Source: a virus. From it: DNA of 64,000 bases. The notes below the pieces were generated by a model. It did no database searches. It was not told the DNA's origin and saw only the letters and a list, made by a program, of their open reading frames with translations. The translations under genes and the position numbers were made by a program. Of the stretch, positions 10,140 to 20,373 are shown in pieces. The stretch lies in IMG/VR virus record IMGVR_UViG_3300044620_001243; one strand, given 5' to 3'. The first letter of the stretch is position 1; each line of letters opens with the position of its first letter.

Positions 10140-10787
10140 ATGGCATATTTAAATCACAATTTACCTTTAACATCCTGTCTAATTAGAAATGAATTTTTAT
10201 ACAACCACGAAAAGGGACATGGAGAATATACCGTCGCAAATATGCATTCTGTGGCATCAGTGGAGGGTATGGTACCATTATTCGAAGCCTTTTTAGAAAA
10301 TGGTGTAAATTGGACTCGAAGACCGATTCATGCTTTTTGTTGGAAAAAAGATGCAGAAGTATTACCACTAACCGAACATGTATATTGGGATTCTTTTAGT
10401 CCGTACATTGATGTTCAAGTTAGGGCAAGGTTGTATCCACTCAGTGCTGAGTTAATTTCAATCACGGGAGTGAAAAGAAGAGGTGTTTATATGTTCACAC
10501 TTGACTGGTCTCATGAAAATAAAACCATGTTAGATACAAATTTTTCAGAAACAACTGAACACAAATGTGGACATATGTTCAAGATGGATAATGGCAATTA
10601 TTTTATTTACCCAAATAATCGAATTTTGTGGATAGATAAGGCATTTACATTTAAAAGAATAGACAAAAATCCTGGATTTAAAATAGATAGGACAATATAC
10701 ACGGTTGATTCCAATTCAGATTATTTCACGGATGAGAATTATATCACAAATTTTGAAAAAAATCCAAACACCAATGATAAAAGTTAA
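10140..10787 (+). CDS. hypothetical protein
   Basis: 215-aa ORF. Confidence 0.35.
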   Translation: MAYLNHNLPLTSCLIRNEFLYNHEKGHGEYTVANMHSVASVEGMVPLFEAFLENGVNWTRRPIHAFCWKKDAEVLPLTEHVYWDSFSPYIDVQVRARLYPLSAELISITGVKRRGVYMFTLDWSHENKTMLDTNFSETTEHKCGHMFKMDNGNYFIYPNNRILWIDKAFTFKRIDKNPGFKIDRTIYTVDSNSDYFTDENYITNFEKNPNTNDKS

Positions 10788-11139
10788 AACTATAATTAAA
10801 CTATCACCAGGTAAAGGAGTTGGATTATTTGCTTTAGAAAATATTATGAAAGGTCAATTAATTTACGATGAGGGAAGTTATGAAAAAATATTTCATAAAG
10901 ATAATCTGTCAAATTTAAACCAACATGAAATAGATTATTATGAAAATTATTCTTGGCGTGTTGGTGATTATATTTACCTTTCTACTGACAATACTATGTA
11001 CATAAATCATTCAAATGAACCAAATATAGATGGTATGAGTGGACGAGCGTTGAAAAATATTAAAATTGGAGAAGAATTAACTGAAGATTATTCAACATTT
11101 GATGCGGATTTTAATGATTACATCGAAACTTACATTTAA
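10774..11139 (+). CDS. SET-domain protein (putative protein-lysine methyltransferase)
   Basis: GKGVGLFA, NHSNEPN (compare the SET motif NHSCxPN) and GEELTEDY (compare ELTxDY). Start moved to the in-frame ATG at 10774. Confidence 0.6.
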   Translation: MIKVKTIIKLSPGKGVGLFALENIMKGQLIYDEGSYEKIFHKDNLSNLNQHEIDYYENYSWRVGDYIYLSTDNTMYINHSNEPNIDGMSGRALKNIKIGEELTEDYSTFDADFNDYIETYI

Positions 11140-11403
11140 AAAAAACAATTAAAAAAAAATGAAAACACTTGGATTAATAAATTACGAAGGTGATAACCTA
11201 AGTCTAAAAAAAGTCGCACCCAATAAATTTATTGTGGTCGACCAATTTGATGTCAAGGTAAGTGAGTTAACTTTGGAAGAATTGTGTGATTGGATTGAAG
11301 GTAGAACCTCAATTAAAGATTCTCAAGGTATGGATTGGTATTACACATATCAACCTCAAGATGCGAGAGTCTCATTGTTTAAAATTATAAATTACATAAT
11401 GCG

Positions 11404-12246
11404 ATGATAAAATGGGTCACCTCCATTATAGAAAAATATAAAAAATCATTATTATTAATTTATTTTTACATTTTTATCTCCCAAATTATTTTTTTACTTG
11501 AACCATATGTTTTGGGTAAATCAATAGACGGATTGATAAATAAAGACTATTCGTGGATAATCGTTTTTTTACTTATAGATTTACTTGGATGTTTTTTTAT
11601 ATATAAAAGAATGGTATTTGATACAAAAATTTATACATCAATATACAACGATATTGTTTTTAATTATTTAGACAACACGAAAGATGGTGATGTTTCTACC
11701 AAATTGGGTAGAACAGACTTAGCACACAATATCATTGATTTTCTCGAACACCATATTCACTATTACATTGTTTCAATATTAACGGTTGTTGGTACACTTA
11801 TTTTTATAATGTATTCACATTTATTGACGGGATTAATTGCATTATCTACAACACCTTTTATTTGTTTTATTGTTTGGAAGTTTTATAGGAAAATTGCTCA
11901 ATCAACACAAGTAAGCCATAATCATCATGAAAAAAAAATGAACATTTTCAACACCAATAATGATGGATTTATAAAATCATTTTTTGAGAGAAGAAAAAAA
12001 TTGTGGATTTTTGGTTCAACAATTCAGGGAAAAAATTGGACAGCATTAAACACTACAAAAACATTTTTTTTGGTTTTATGTTTGGTGATATTTACAAATA
12101 AAAATATTAATTTATCACAAGGGGAGGCGATAGCAATGTATTCTTACATTAATCAATTTTTAAATTCTTTATTGTCTATACCTGTTGGTATGGAAATGTT
12201 TACAAGAATGAAAGATGTTATTCAAAGATTAAACACAACAATATGA
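11404..12246 (+). CDS. integral membrane protein
   Basis: 280 aa with multiple hydrophobic segments. Confidence 0.4.
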   Translation: MIKWVTSIIEKYKKSLLLIYFYIFISQIIFLLEPYVLGKSIDGLINKDYSWIIVFLLIDLLGCFFIYKRMVFDTKIYTSIYNDIVFNYLDNTKDGDVSTKLGRTDLAHNIIDFLEHHIHYYIVSILTVVGTLIFIMYSHLLTGLIALSTTPFICFIVWKFYRKIAQSTQVSHNHHEKKMNIFNTNNDGFIKSFFERRKKLWIFGSTIQGKNWTALNTTKTFFLVLCLVIFTNKNINLSQGEAIAMYSYINQFLNSLLSIPVGMEMFTRMKDVIQRLNTTI

Positions 12247-12463
12247 TAAAAAAAATAATAGTTTCAATTAGAAAATTATTCTCACCTGAAATAAAAAAAG
12301 AATTGTCATGGACGGTTAACGATTTTAATATTGCAAAAAAATGGGCAAGTTGTCGTTTTCATCCAAATCATGAAAATAAAACAATATGGGAAATTGTTTA
12401 TTCACCAAGACAAGATTCTGTTGATGTAATATACGAAATAAATAAACTAACAAAAAAAATAAA

Positions 12464-13846
12464 ATGAAAGCAATAAAAGTACTAATAATAATTTTCGGTG
12501 TAATTTTTACAATTTACTCCTGTACAAAAGAAGAAACAATAACACCTGTTGATTTCCCTAAAGATTTGGGGATTGATAATTTTAAATTTCCTGAAGATTC
12601 TCTTGAGATAATGAAATGGGTCGAAAATCAAGATACACATAAAATAGTTTCACATGCTTGGGGTATTTGGGCGGGGTTAACCGAACCAACAAATCAAAAA
12701 TACAACGGTCAGACCTTATTGGTTTTTGAAACATGGATGGGAGTTCAAGAACTTGCGGCAATGTCCGCAAATGGACAAATCGCAAACAATAATATGGTTC
12801 GAAAAAATAGAACAAATTTAAATGTACCAAAACAATTTGTTCACGGTTTTTTATTAACTGGCGAAAAACACATCGTTGACACCAATTTTTCGGTGTTGGA
12901 AACGGTTTCTTATGACCCATCCGCATCAAAATTTGTAACAGAAAACTCACTTTTTAACCAATCAAAATTAAATTCATATAAAAAAGATGGACAAATAAGT
13001 AGTATTCCTGAGTTTCCAAATACATCAATCACAATAAAACCAACGTATTACGCTGGTGTTCCAAATAAAGATGGTTATATAAGAGTCCCTGTTTGGACAG
13101 AACCATACGGACCGGGTGCTTACAAATATACTGAATGGAAAGAATGGGTCTTTGTCGATATAAAAAATAGACAAGAAGAAGGTAAAGTTATATATCCAAC
13201 AACAGACCCATCTCCATCAAATAATGATATGTATTGGTCAACATGCAACTTAAAGGACTTTATTCATTATAAAATTGATAGAGTTGGTGCTGATTATTTA
13301 AATAATCATCAAGATGTTGGAACATCACCGAGTAGACAATTTATTGATGGTGATTACGTATTGTTAGTGGCAATGCACGTTACAACTAAGGAATTTAAAA
13401 ATTGGACTTGGCAAACATTTTTTTGGGTTCCTAATATTGAAAGTCCACCATATCCAAGTTCGTGGTTTGAATCAAATTTAATGCCCGTTGAATTAAAAGG
13501 AGCTGCTTCACATTATGCCGTTAGTGTGGCATATGCCATGGTTTGGCCAAATCAACCTGTTACTGGTGGTACGGATAAAGACGCCAGACCTATAATTGCC
13601 TTTAACCCATATTTGGAAGGTGGATTTGGACCAAAAGTTTTCAAATTACCAAATAAATTTAGAACTGATTTTGTTTACGGCATGCAAACCAATTGCATGT
13701 CCTGTCACGCGTTATCAACAATGTCTGGTAAAAATGGATATACAACAAACCAATACATTGATATGATGGATACTACACTTTTTAAAAACGACGTAAAATT
13801 AGATTTTACGTGGTCTATTCAAGGAAATATTAATTTGGATAAATAA
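12464..13846 (+). CDS. secreted lipoprotein with CxxCH motif
   Basis: Signal peptide with a lipobox (…FTIYSC). The C-terminal TNCMSCH is a heme-binding-type CxxCH motif. 460 aa. Confidence 0.45.
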   Translation: MKAIKVLIIIFGVIFTIYSCTKEETITPVDFPKDLGIDNFKFPEDSLEIMKWVENQDTHKIVSHAWGIWAGLTEPTNQKYNGQTLLVFETWMGVQELAAMSANGQIANNNMVRKNRTNLNVPKQFVHGFLLTGEKHIVDTNFSVLETVSYDPSASKFVTENSLFNQSKLNSYKKDGQISSIPEFPNTSITIKPTYYAGVPNKDGYIRVPVWTEPYGPGAYKYTEWKEWVFVDIKNRQEEGKVIYPTTDPSPSNNDMYWSTCNLKDFIHYKIDRVGADYLNNHQDVGTSPSRQFIDGDYVLLVAMHVTTKEFKNWTWQTFFWVPNIESPPYPSSWFESNLMPVELKGAASHYAVSVAYAMVWPNQPVTGGTDKDARPIIAFNPYLEGGFGPKVFKLPNKFRTDFVYGMQTNCMSCHALSTMSGKNGYTTNQYIDMMDTTLFKNDVKLDFTWSIQGNINLDK

Positions 13847-13893
13847 AATAATTTTATTAATTTTGTGATATTTATAAATAAAAAAATATCACT

Positions 13894-15225
13894 ATGAAAA
13901 TGAACTTTTTCAACAGATTTCTAAGTTTTGTAAATAAAAAAAACCATAACAAAGAAAGGGCAAAAAAAATAGAAGAACTAAGTAAAAAAATTACATTACT
14001 TGAGCCCGTAGTTGCGGTGGTACCTGTCGTGGAAGAAACACCTGTTGTAGAAGAAATACCGGTAATTGAAGAAACACCTGTCGTGGAGGAACCCGTTGTA
14101 GAAGAGGTACCAGTAATTGAAGAGACACCTGTAGTTGAAGAAACACCTGTTGTAGAAGAACCTGTCGTGGAGGAAACACCTGTTGTAGAAGAAACACCTG
14201 TTGTAGAAGAGGTACCAGTAGTTGAAGAAGTACCTGTTGTAGAAGAGGTACCAGTAATTGAAGAAACACCTGTCGTGGAGGAACCTGTTGTAGAAGAGGT
14301 ACCGGTAATTGAAGAAACACCTGTTGTAGAAGAACCTGTCGTGGAGGAAACACCTGTTGTAGAAGAACCTGTCGTGGAGGAAACACCTGTTGTAGAAGAA
14401 ACACCTGTTGTAGAAGAGGTACCAGTAGTTGAAGAAGTACCTGTTGTAGAAGAGGTACCAGTAATTGAAGAAACACCTGTTGTAGAAGAACCTGTCGTGG
14501 AGGAAACACCTGTTGTAGAAGAACCTGTCGTGGAGGAAACACCTGTTGTAGAAGAAACACCTGTTGTAGAAGAGGTACCAGTAGTTGAAGAAGTACCTGT
14601 TGTAGAAGAGGTACCAGTAATTGAAGAGACACCTGTAGTTGAAGAAACACCTGTTGTAGAAGAACCTGTCGTGGAGGAAACACCTGTTGTAGAAGAAACA
14701 CCTGTTGTAGAAGAGGTACCAGTAGTTGAAGAAGTACCTGTTGTAGAAGAGGTACCAGTAATTGAAGAAACACCTGTCGTGGAGGAACCTGTTGTAGAAG
14801 AGGTACCGGTAATTGAAGAAACACCTGTTGTAGAAGAACCTGTCGTGGAGGAAACACCTGTTGTAGAAGAACCTGTCGTGGAGGAAACACCTGTTGTAGA
14901 AGAAACACCTGTTGTAGAAGAGGTACCAGTAGTTGAAGAAGTACCTGTTGTAGAAGAGGTACCAGTAATTGAAGAAACACCTGTTGTAGAAGAACCTGTC
15001 GTGGAGGAAACACCTGTTGTAGAAGAACCTGTCGTGGAGGAAACACCTGTTGTAGAAGAAACACCTGTTGTAGAAGAGGTACCAGTAGTTGAAGAAGTAC
15101 CTGTTGTAGAAGAGGTACCAGTAATTGAAGAGACACCTGTAGTTGAAGAAACACCTGTTGTAGAAGAACCTGTCGTGGAGGAAACACCTGTTGTAGAAGA
15201 ACCTGTGGTAGAGGAGACACCATAA
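13894..15225 (+). CDS. acidic tandem-repeat protein (PVVEE/PVIEE hexapeptide repeats)
   Basis: About 70 copies of (E/T/V)PV(V/I)EE, organised into a higher-order repeat of roughly 240 nt. The minus-strand ORF over the same span is a repeat artefact. Confidence 0.55.
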   Translation: MKMNFFNRFLSFVNKKNHNKERAKKIEELSKKITLLEPVVAVVPVVEETPVVEEIPVIEETPVVEEPVVEEVPVIEETPVVEETPVVEEPVVEETPVVEETPVVEEVPVVEEVPVVEEVPVIEETPVVEEPVVEEVPVIEETPVVEEPVVEETPVVEEPVVEETPVVEETPVVEEVPVVEEVPVVEEVPVIEETPVVEEPVVEETPVVEEPVVEETPVVEETPVVEEVPVVEEVPVVEEVPVIEETPVVEETPVVEEPVVEETPVVEETPVVEEVPVVEEVPVVEEVPVIEETPVVEEPVVEEVPVIEETPVVEEPVVEETPVVEEPVVEETPVVEETPVVEEVPVVEEVPVVEEVPVIEETPVVEEPVVEETPVVEEPVVEETPVVEETPVVEEVPVVEEVPVVEEVPVIEETPVVEETPVVEEPVVEETPVVEEPVVEETP

Positions 15226-15300
15226 AGATTTTTTTATTTTACAGTAAAAACTTTTTTTGTTGATTTAAGTTTTTTCCGTATCTTTACAAAAAAAACGGAT

Positions 15301-17031
15301 ATGGAGATTTTAAACCAAAGATTTCAGTATTTCACAATAGACTTGTGCCAAAATTATTCAAACATAAATGGCTCGGATTGTTCCGATTCATATGATTTTG
15401 AAAAGTACAGGTACATGTCATTGACCCCAAAAGAAAAAAATCCAAAAAGAACAAAATACTATTACACAAATGACGCGCGTGGTGAAAGAATAATATTAAA
15501 ATCTTGTTTCCCAAAACCAATTGAGACACAAAAAGAAAAACAATTAAAAAGACATTATGGTAATCCTTTTGCTCAAGTAGAGACACATTTTAAACAAAGG
15601 AGTGTTAAAATTATTGATAATAAAATTTCTTTTAGAATTTTTAGTCATTCAAAATATAGGGGTATCAATGATAAATTTTTTATAAAAACCTCAAATGTCA
15701 AAATCATAAAAATGGATTTAAATACTGGAGATTTTACCTTATGCGATATTAATTCTAAATTGAAAAGGAAACAATTTAGAAAAAATAATTTTGAAACTTT
15801 AAAAAATTTTATAACTGAACATGATTTTTTTACAAAAAAATATCATTTATCTAATGAATCTTTAATGAAAGAACAAAACATATCATTAAATGATGATATG
15901 TTTATTGATGTTTTATTGAAAAAAATTTCTTCAAATTTGGAAAGTAAAGAGGTTTCCAATATGGATATTTACAATGCATTTATTGATTTTTTCGTTATGA
16001 AGAAAAAAATCAAAACACCAAACAACTACCACTCTCTTATTTCAAATTTATACCCAACAGAAAAATTTCTCAAGAAAAACGATAGAAAATTAATACTATC
16101 CGTTTTAGATAGTTTTGGGATGAAATCAAAATTTTTCATAAAATATTTTCATGAAAATTCAGACAAATCAATAGTGGTGCACTCATTTTTTGTTAAGTTT
16201 TTTGGTGACGATTATCCAAAATACATGACAGCATTGTCTCCGATGTACTATCACCAATCAAAAATTGAGAATTCCAAAGTTTCAGTTCCTACCGTTAAAG
16301 ATAGAAAAATAAAATTTATTACTTTTTTAGAAAAGAAAGAAAAAGAGAATCTTGTTAAAATAATTAATTCATTTATTAATTGTCAAGATTTTTTAAAACA
16401 TGAATCGACACCACTTAGAACTCTTTGTTTACTTATAGATGACCATATTGAAATGTACAAAAAAATAAAAGATTATGAAATCGATGTCAAAATTAATGCA
16501 ACTAATAAGGAATCATTTATGTTAGAACACCAAGAATTTACTAGACTATCTTCTTTGATAAAAAAAGGTTGGACGATAGAATATCAATATGACAATAGAA
16601 TGGTTAGATACGTGGAATCACCAATTACAGTAAATTATGTGAATAAAGAATATACGTTTTTCCCAATCATACTAAAAAGAGAAGAAGAATATGAAACCGA
16701 AGGTGATTTTATGCACCACTGTGTTGCGTCTTATTCATCAAAAGAAAATTCGTTAATTGTTTCACTGAGGACAAATAATGGGATGGATAGGGTGACCTGT
16801 GAGTTCAATAAAAAAACAGGTGAATGTGTGCAATCGAGACATTTTTGTAATGCCAATCCCCCAAAACATTTTGAAAGGGCACTAGATATTTTAGATTCAA
16901 GAGTTAAAAGATTCAAAAACCAAAGATTACTTAACCATGTGGATGTTAAAAAAGTTAGGGTATGTATAAATGGAATAGAAATAAAAAATAATACGGTTAA
17001 CAATGAAGTGTTACATCATTTACCATTTTAA
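15301..17031 (+). CDS. hypothetical protein
   Basis: 576-aa lysine-rich ORF. Confidence 0.45.
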   Translation: MEILNQRFQYFTIDLCQNYSNINGSDCSDSYDFEKYRYMSLTPKEKNPKRTKYYYTNDARGERIILKSCFPKPIETQKEKQLKRHYGNPFAQVETHFKQRSVKIIDNKISFRIFSHSKYRGINDKFFIKTSNVKIIKMDLNTGDFTLCDINSKLKRKQFRKNNFETLKNFITEHDFFTKKYHLSNESLMKEQNISLNDDMFIDVLLKKISSNLESKEVSNMDIYNAFIDFFVMKKKIKTPNNYHSLISNLYPTEKFLKKNDRKLILSVLDSFGMKSKFFIKYFHENSDKSIVVHSFFVKFFGDDYPKYMTALSPMYYHQSKIENSKVSVPTVKDRKIKFITFLEKKEKENLVKIINSFINCQDFLKHESTPLRTLCLLIDDHIEMYKKIKDYEIDVKINATNKESFMLEHQEFTRLSSLIKKGWTIEYQYDNRMVRYVESPITVNYVNKEYTFFPIILKREEEYETEGDFMHHCVASYSSKENSLIVSLRTNNGMDRVTCEFNKKTGECVQSRHFCNANPPKHFERALDILDSRVKRFKNQRLLNHVDVKKVRVCINGIEIKNNTVNNEVLHHLPF

Positions 17032-17360
17032 TTAACTTAAAATCACAATTATGACAAAAATAAACCCGCACAACCCAAATGAAAAAGATGTAACATTTGA
17101 ATATGGTTACATCAATATAAAAACATCAACAATCGTAAAATTAAATGAAACATTTATTGTTGATACCGAAGACGGACCTGTTTATTTAAATGTTGAAATT
17201 TCCTCAGATTTCAAATTAATAGATGAGAAATATCATGAATTGTTTCTTAATATCTTATCATCAAAATATCTCAATAGAGTTTCATTTGGTAAAAATCCAT
17301 TTTCAGAATGTAAACCAATGAAAAAAAGAAAATGGTATGAATTTTGGAAATCAGAATACT

Positions 17361-17822
17361 TCACTTAAACCAATACGGTATCTCTCTGTTTTTCCATTTC
17401 GCAAATTTTGATTTATCACCAATATAGTACTTTCTATACGATTCGACTACCGAATCTGTTTTATATTGGTCAGGCATTGCCATTGGTGGTATAGTAAAAC
17501 CTTTGTCACAAATATTGATTTTATTTGTGACACACCATTCAATTATGTATTTAGATTTGTGTTGGTTATTGTATCTATGATTATACTCTTTACATAATTC
17601 TAAACCTAATTCACATAGGTATAGATAATTTGACAAAGACTCTCTAACCCATTTAGAACATGGGTGATTTTTGTGTACCATTTTGTATGGGGCCTCTGAA
17701 CCTGAAACCCAATGGGAGGTGCATAATAATTGAGCACTTTCTAATATCATTTTAACAACATGTTTGTCACAATGATATTGGGCACATTTTCTGACATCTT
17801 CGTCTAAAAAGAATATATTCAT
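17361..17822 (-). CDS. conserved Cys/His-rich hypothetical protein
   Basis: Minus-strand 153-aa ORF, MNIFFLDEDVRKCAQYHCDKHVVKMILESAQLL… I recall this pattern from large DNA viruses and phages. Function unknown. Confidence 0.45.
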   Translation of the reverse strand: MNIFFLDEDVRKCAQYHCDKHVVKMILESAQLLCTSHWVSGSEAPYKMVHKNHPCSKWVRESLSNYLYLCELGLELCKEYNHRYNNQHKSKYIIEWCVTNKINICDKGFTIPPMAMPDQYKTDSVVESYRKYYIGDKSKFAKWKNREIPYWFK

Positions 17823-17872
17823 GGTGTAAATATACTTATTATACCTTATATTTAAAAAAAAATTAAAAAAAG

Positions 17873-18541
17873 ATGAAAATTAATCATCCATTATTAAAGT
17901 GTGAAGTGGTTGAAATTAAACCGAGAATTTTTGTTGTGACCGTTAAAAATGATTATGATAGGTCAATGTTGTTTTGTAGATACCAAGAATACTACGAGTC
18001 ACCACATTCAATGTTTTATCGTAAATTTTTTACATTAGAAGAATTTATGAAAATCTATTCCAAAAAAAGAAAAACATCATTTTTTTCATATCCTCTTGAT
18101 TGGATTGGATTTAATATTCCATCAGAAGTTTTAATCGAATCCCACAATTTATTTAAAAACTCTGGCAGTTTTTATGATGATATCATGGGTCAGATTATTT
18201 CTTTCTGTAAAAAAGAAATAAATGATGATAGTAAAAATTGGTATTTAATTGGTACGGATAAATTAAATTCTAAAATTTTAAAACATGAAATTTCACATGG
18301 TTTTTATTATACAAATGTAGACTATAAGAAAAATATGGATAAAATTATTAAAAAAATAGATAATGAAGACTTTCTTTTAATGAAAAAAAAATTGATTTTG
18401 ATGGGGTATCGAAATGAAAAGAAAATAATTTATGATGAAATACAAGCATACATGTCAAGTTATAAACTACCATCATGGAGTGATAATATTTATATGAAAT
18501 ATAGGTATGAATTTATTGAAGTTTTTGATATTTATAAATAA
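17873..18541 (+). CDS. hypothetical protein
   Basis: 222-aa ORF. Confidence 0.4.
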   Translation: MKINHPLLKCEVVEIKPRIFVVTVKNDYDRSMLFCRYQEYYESPHSMFYRKFFTLEEFMKIYSKKRKTSFFSYPLDWIGFNIPSEVLIESHNLFKNSGSFYDDIMGQIISFCKKEINDDSKNWYLIGTDKLNSKILKHEISHGFYYTNVDYKKNMDKIIKKIDNEDFLLMKKKLILMGYRNEKKIIYDEIQAYMSSYKLPSWSDNIYMKYRYEFIEVFDIYK

Positions 18542-18551
18542 ATATATTATT

Positions 18552-18722
18552 ATGAAACCTACAAAAGAACAAATTTTTGGAATGATAAGACACGGATTAA
18601 CATTTATTGGTGGTGTTTTAGTTATGAACGGATTAATAAATGAAGGAATGTCTCAAGAACTAATTGGCGGTTTAATGACATTTATTGGAACCGTTTGGTC
18701 GGTTTTTGATAAAAAAAAGTAA
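18552..18722 (+). CDS. putative holin (two TM helices, charged C-terminus)
   Basis: 56 aa (MKPTKEQ…LTFIGGVLVMNGLI…LIGGLMTFIGTVWSVFDKKK), immediately upstream of the M23 lysin. Confidence 0.4.
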   Translation: MKPTKEQIFGMIRHGLTFIGGVLVMNGLINEGMSQELIGGLMTFIGTVWSVFDKKK

Positions 18723-18731
18723 TTTTATTTA

Positions 18732-20066
18732 ATGAAAAAACTCACGATTGAAGAGGAAATCAAAAGATTTCATGAGATAACTTTTGGAAAAACATTTCTA
18801 CCAGAAGAAGATAGGGGTTTTTTAAGTAGACTTTTTGGGAAGAAAAAAATTGATGACCCCAAGAAAGCAGATTTCGTAACTGATGATGTTACTCAATTTT
18901 TTAAAACCATAGAAGATGCTTCGAATTCAGGGGGACTGAAACAGAGTGAAAAGGGTAGTATGAATTTTCAAAAAGAAGTTGAGTCAATGCAAATTGGTTT
19001 AAAATTATTAGACCCAACAGTTTTACCAAAATATGGGGTTGACGGTTTATATGGACCCGAAACGGCGGCGGCGGTTAAGAGTTTTGTTGAGAAAAATTTA
19101 AGTCAACAAAAAACAGTTAATGAAGTTGCACTATCTTCTCCGATTGGTGACACTGTTATTACATCACCATATGGACCAAGAAATGGAAAGACTCACCATG
19201 GTATCGATTTAAAAGCTGATTCAGGTACACCAATTAAGGCCCCATTGGATGGTCAAATCATTGACGCAGAAATAAGGGCAGATGCATGTGGAGGAACGAT
19301 TAGAATACAACACGCTGATGGATTAACAAGTAGATATTGTCATTGTAAACAAATTAATGTGAAAAATGGTCAATCAGTAAAAAAAGGAGAGATAATTGGT
19401 TTAACAGGTGGAGGTCAAGGTGATTCGGGAAAAGGTCGTTCTACTGGTCCACATTTACATTTTGAACTTTATAAAAATGGACAGATTGTAAACCCCGTAC
19501 AGTATTTAGGTTCAGAAGTTGGGGAGTTTACAGGGGTAAATAGTGGTGGTTTTATGTATAATGCGTCTCCTGAAATGTTGAGAAAACTATTGGAGATGTT
19601 GAAAGAAAGAGGAGTTAAATCTGAAGAATTAAAATCGTTTATTGATGTTGGTGTTACATTTGTTGGTGAAGTTACCGATAAAGCAGTTTATGAAAAAATA
19701 TTACAAGAATTGGGGGCACCAATTACAGATGAAAATATGAAATTTATGTTTGCTTGGAGACAAGCGGAAGGAAAAGGAGGAAAAAATAACCCATTTAATA
19801 CCACTCAAAATATGGCAGGTGCAACCAATTTTAATAGTGTTGGTGTTAAAAATTATTTAACAATATCGGACGGAGTTAATGCAACATTAAAAACCTTAAA
19901 AAATGGTCGATATAATTGTATCATAAATGGTTTACAACAAAATATTGGAGCAAGTGAAATTGCGAAATGTCAATCATTAAAAACTTGGGGAACGGGTGAT
20001 TTGGTTGCAACAGTATTGAACGGATATGATAGTGGGGCTAAACCAAAAATCTCAAGTCTTGCATAA
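18732..20066 (+). CDS. peptidase M23 with peptidoglycan-binding domain (putative endolysin/lysin)
   Basis: PG_binding_1-like segment (GVDGLYGPETAAAVKSF) plus the M23 motifs HHGIDL…D and GPHLHFE. Confidence 0.8.
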   Translation: MKKLTIEEEIKRFHEITFGKTFLPEEDRGFLSRLFGKKKIDDPKKADFVTDDVTQFFKTIEDASNSGGLKQSEKGSMNFQKEVESMQIGLKLLDPTVLPKYGVDGLYGPETAAAVKSFVEKNLSQQKTVNEVALSSPIGDTVITSPYGPRNGKTHHGIDLKADSGTPIKAPLDGQIIDAEIRADACGGTIRIQHADGLTSRYCHCKQINVKNGQSVKKGEIIGLTGGGQGDSGKGRSTGPHLHFELYKNGQIVNPVQYLGSEVGEFTGVNSGGFMYNASPEMLRKLLEMLKERGVKSEELKSFIDVGVTFVGEVTDKAVYEKILQELGAPITDENMKFMFAWRQAEGKGGKNNPFNTTQNMAGATNFNSVGVKNYLTISDGVNATLKTLKNGRYNCIINGLQQNIGASEIAKCQSLKTWGTGDLVATVLNGYDSGAKPKISSLA

Positions 20067-20373
20067 CATTTACTTTTTATAGTTATTATTTTATAATATA
20101 ATTAAAAAGTAAAAATATGAAAGATAAATGTGTTATATGTGGAAAAGAATCACCTTATGATATTACAACCAATGTAGATTATAGAATCGGTTACATTGAT
20201 GGAGGTGGTCAGGGTTGTTTTCAATCCGAAATTTGTAAAAAAACAATTTCAATTAATGAAGAATTAATTAAAGATACCCCAAATGATTTTGAATTGGGTG
20301 GTAAAGTTAGAGAATTATTTAATAAAATTAAATAATATCTAATTTTTAGATATTTATAATAAAAAAATATTTT

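Noticed and set aside
13991-15223. 410-aa minus-strand ORF (LLQQV… repeats)
   Set aside because: It is the mirror image of the PVVEE tandem repeat. The low-complexity reverse frame stays open only because of the repeat. The + strand ORF has the proper start context.
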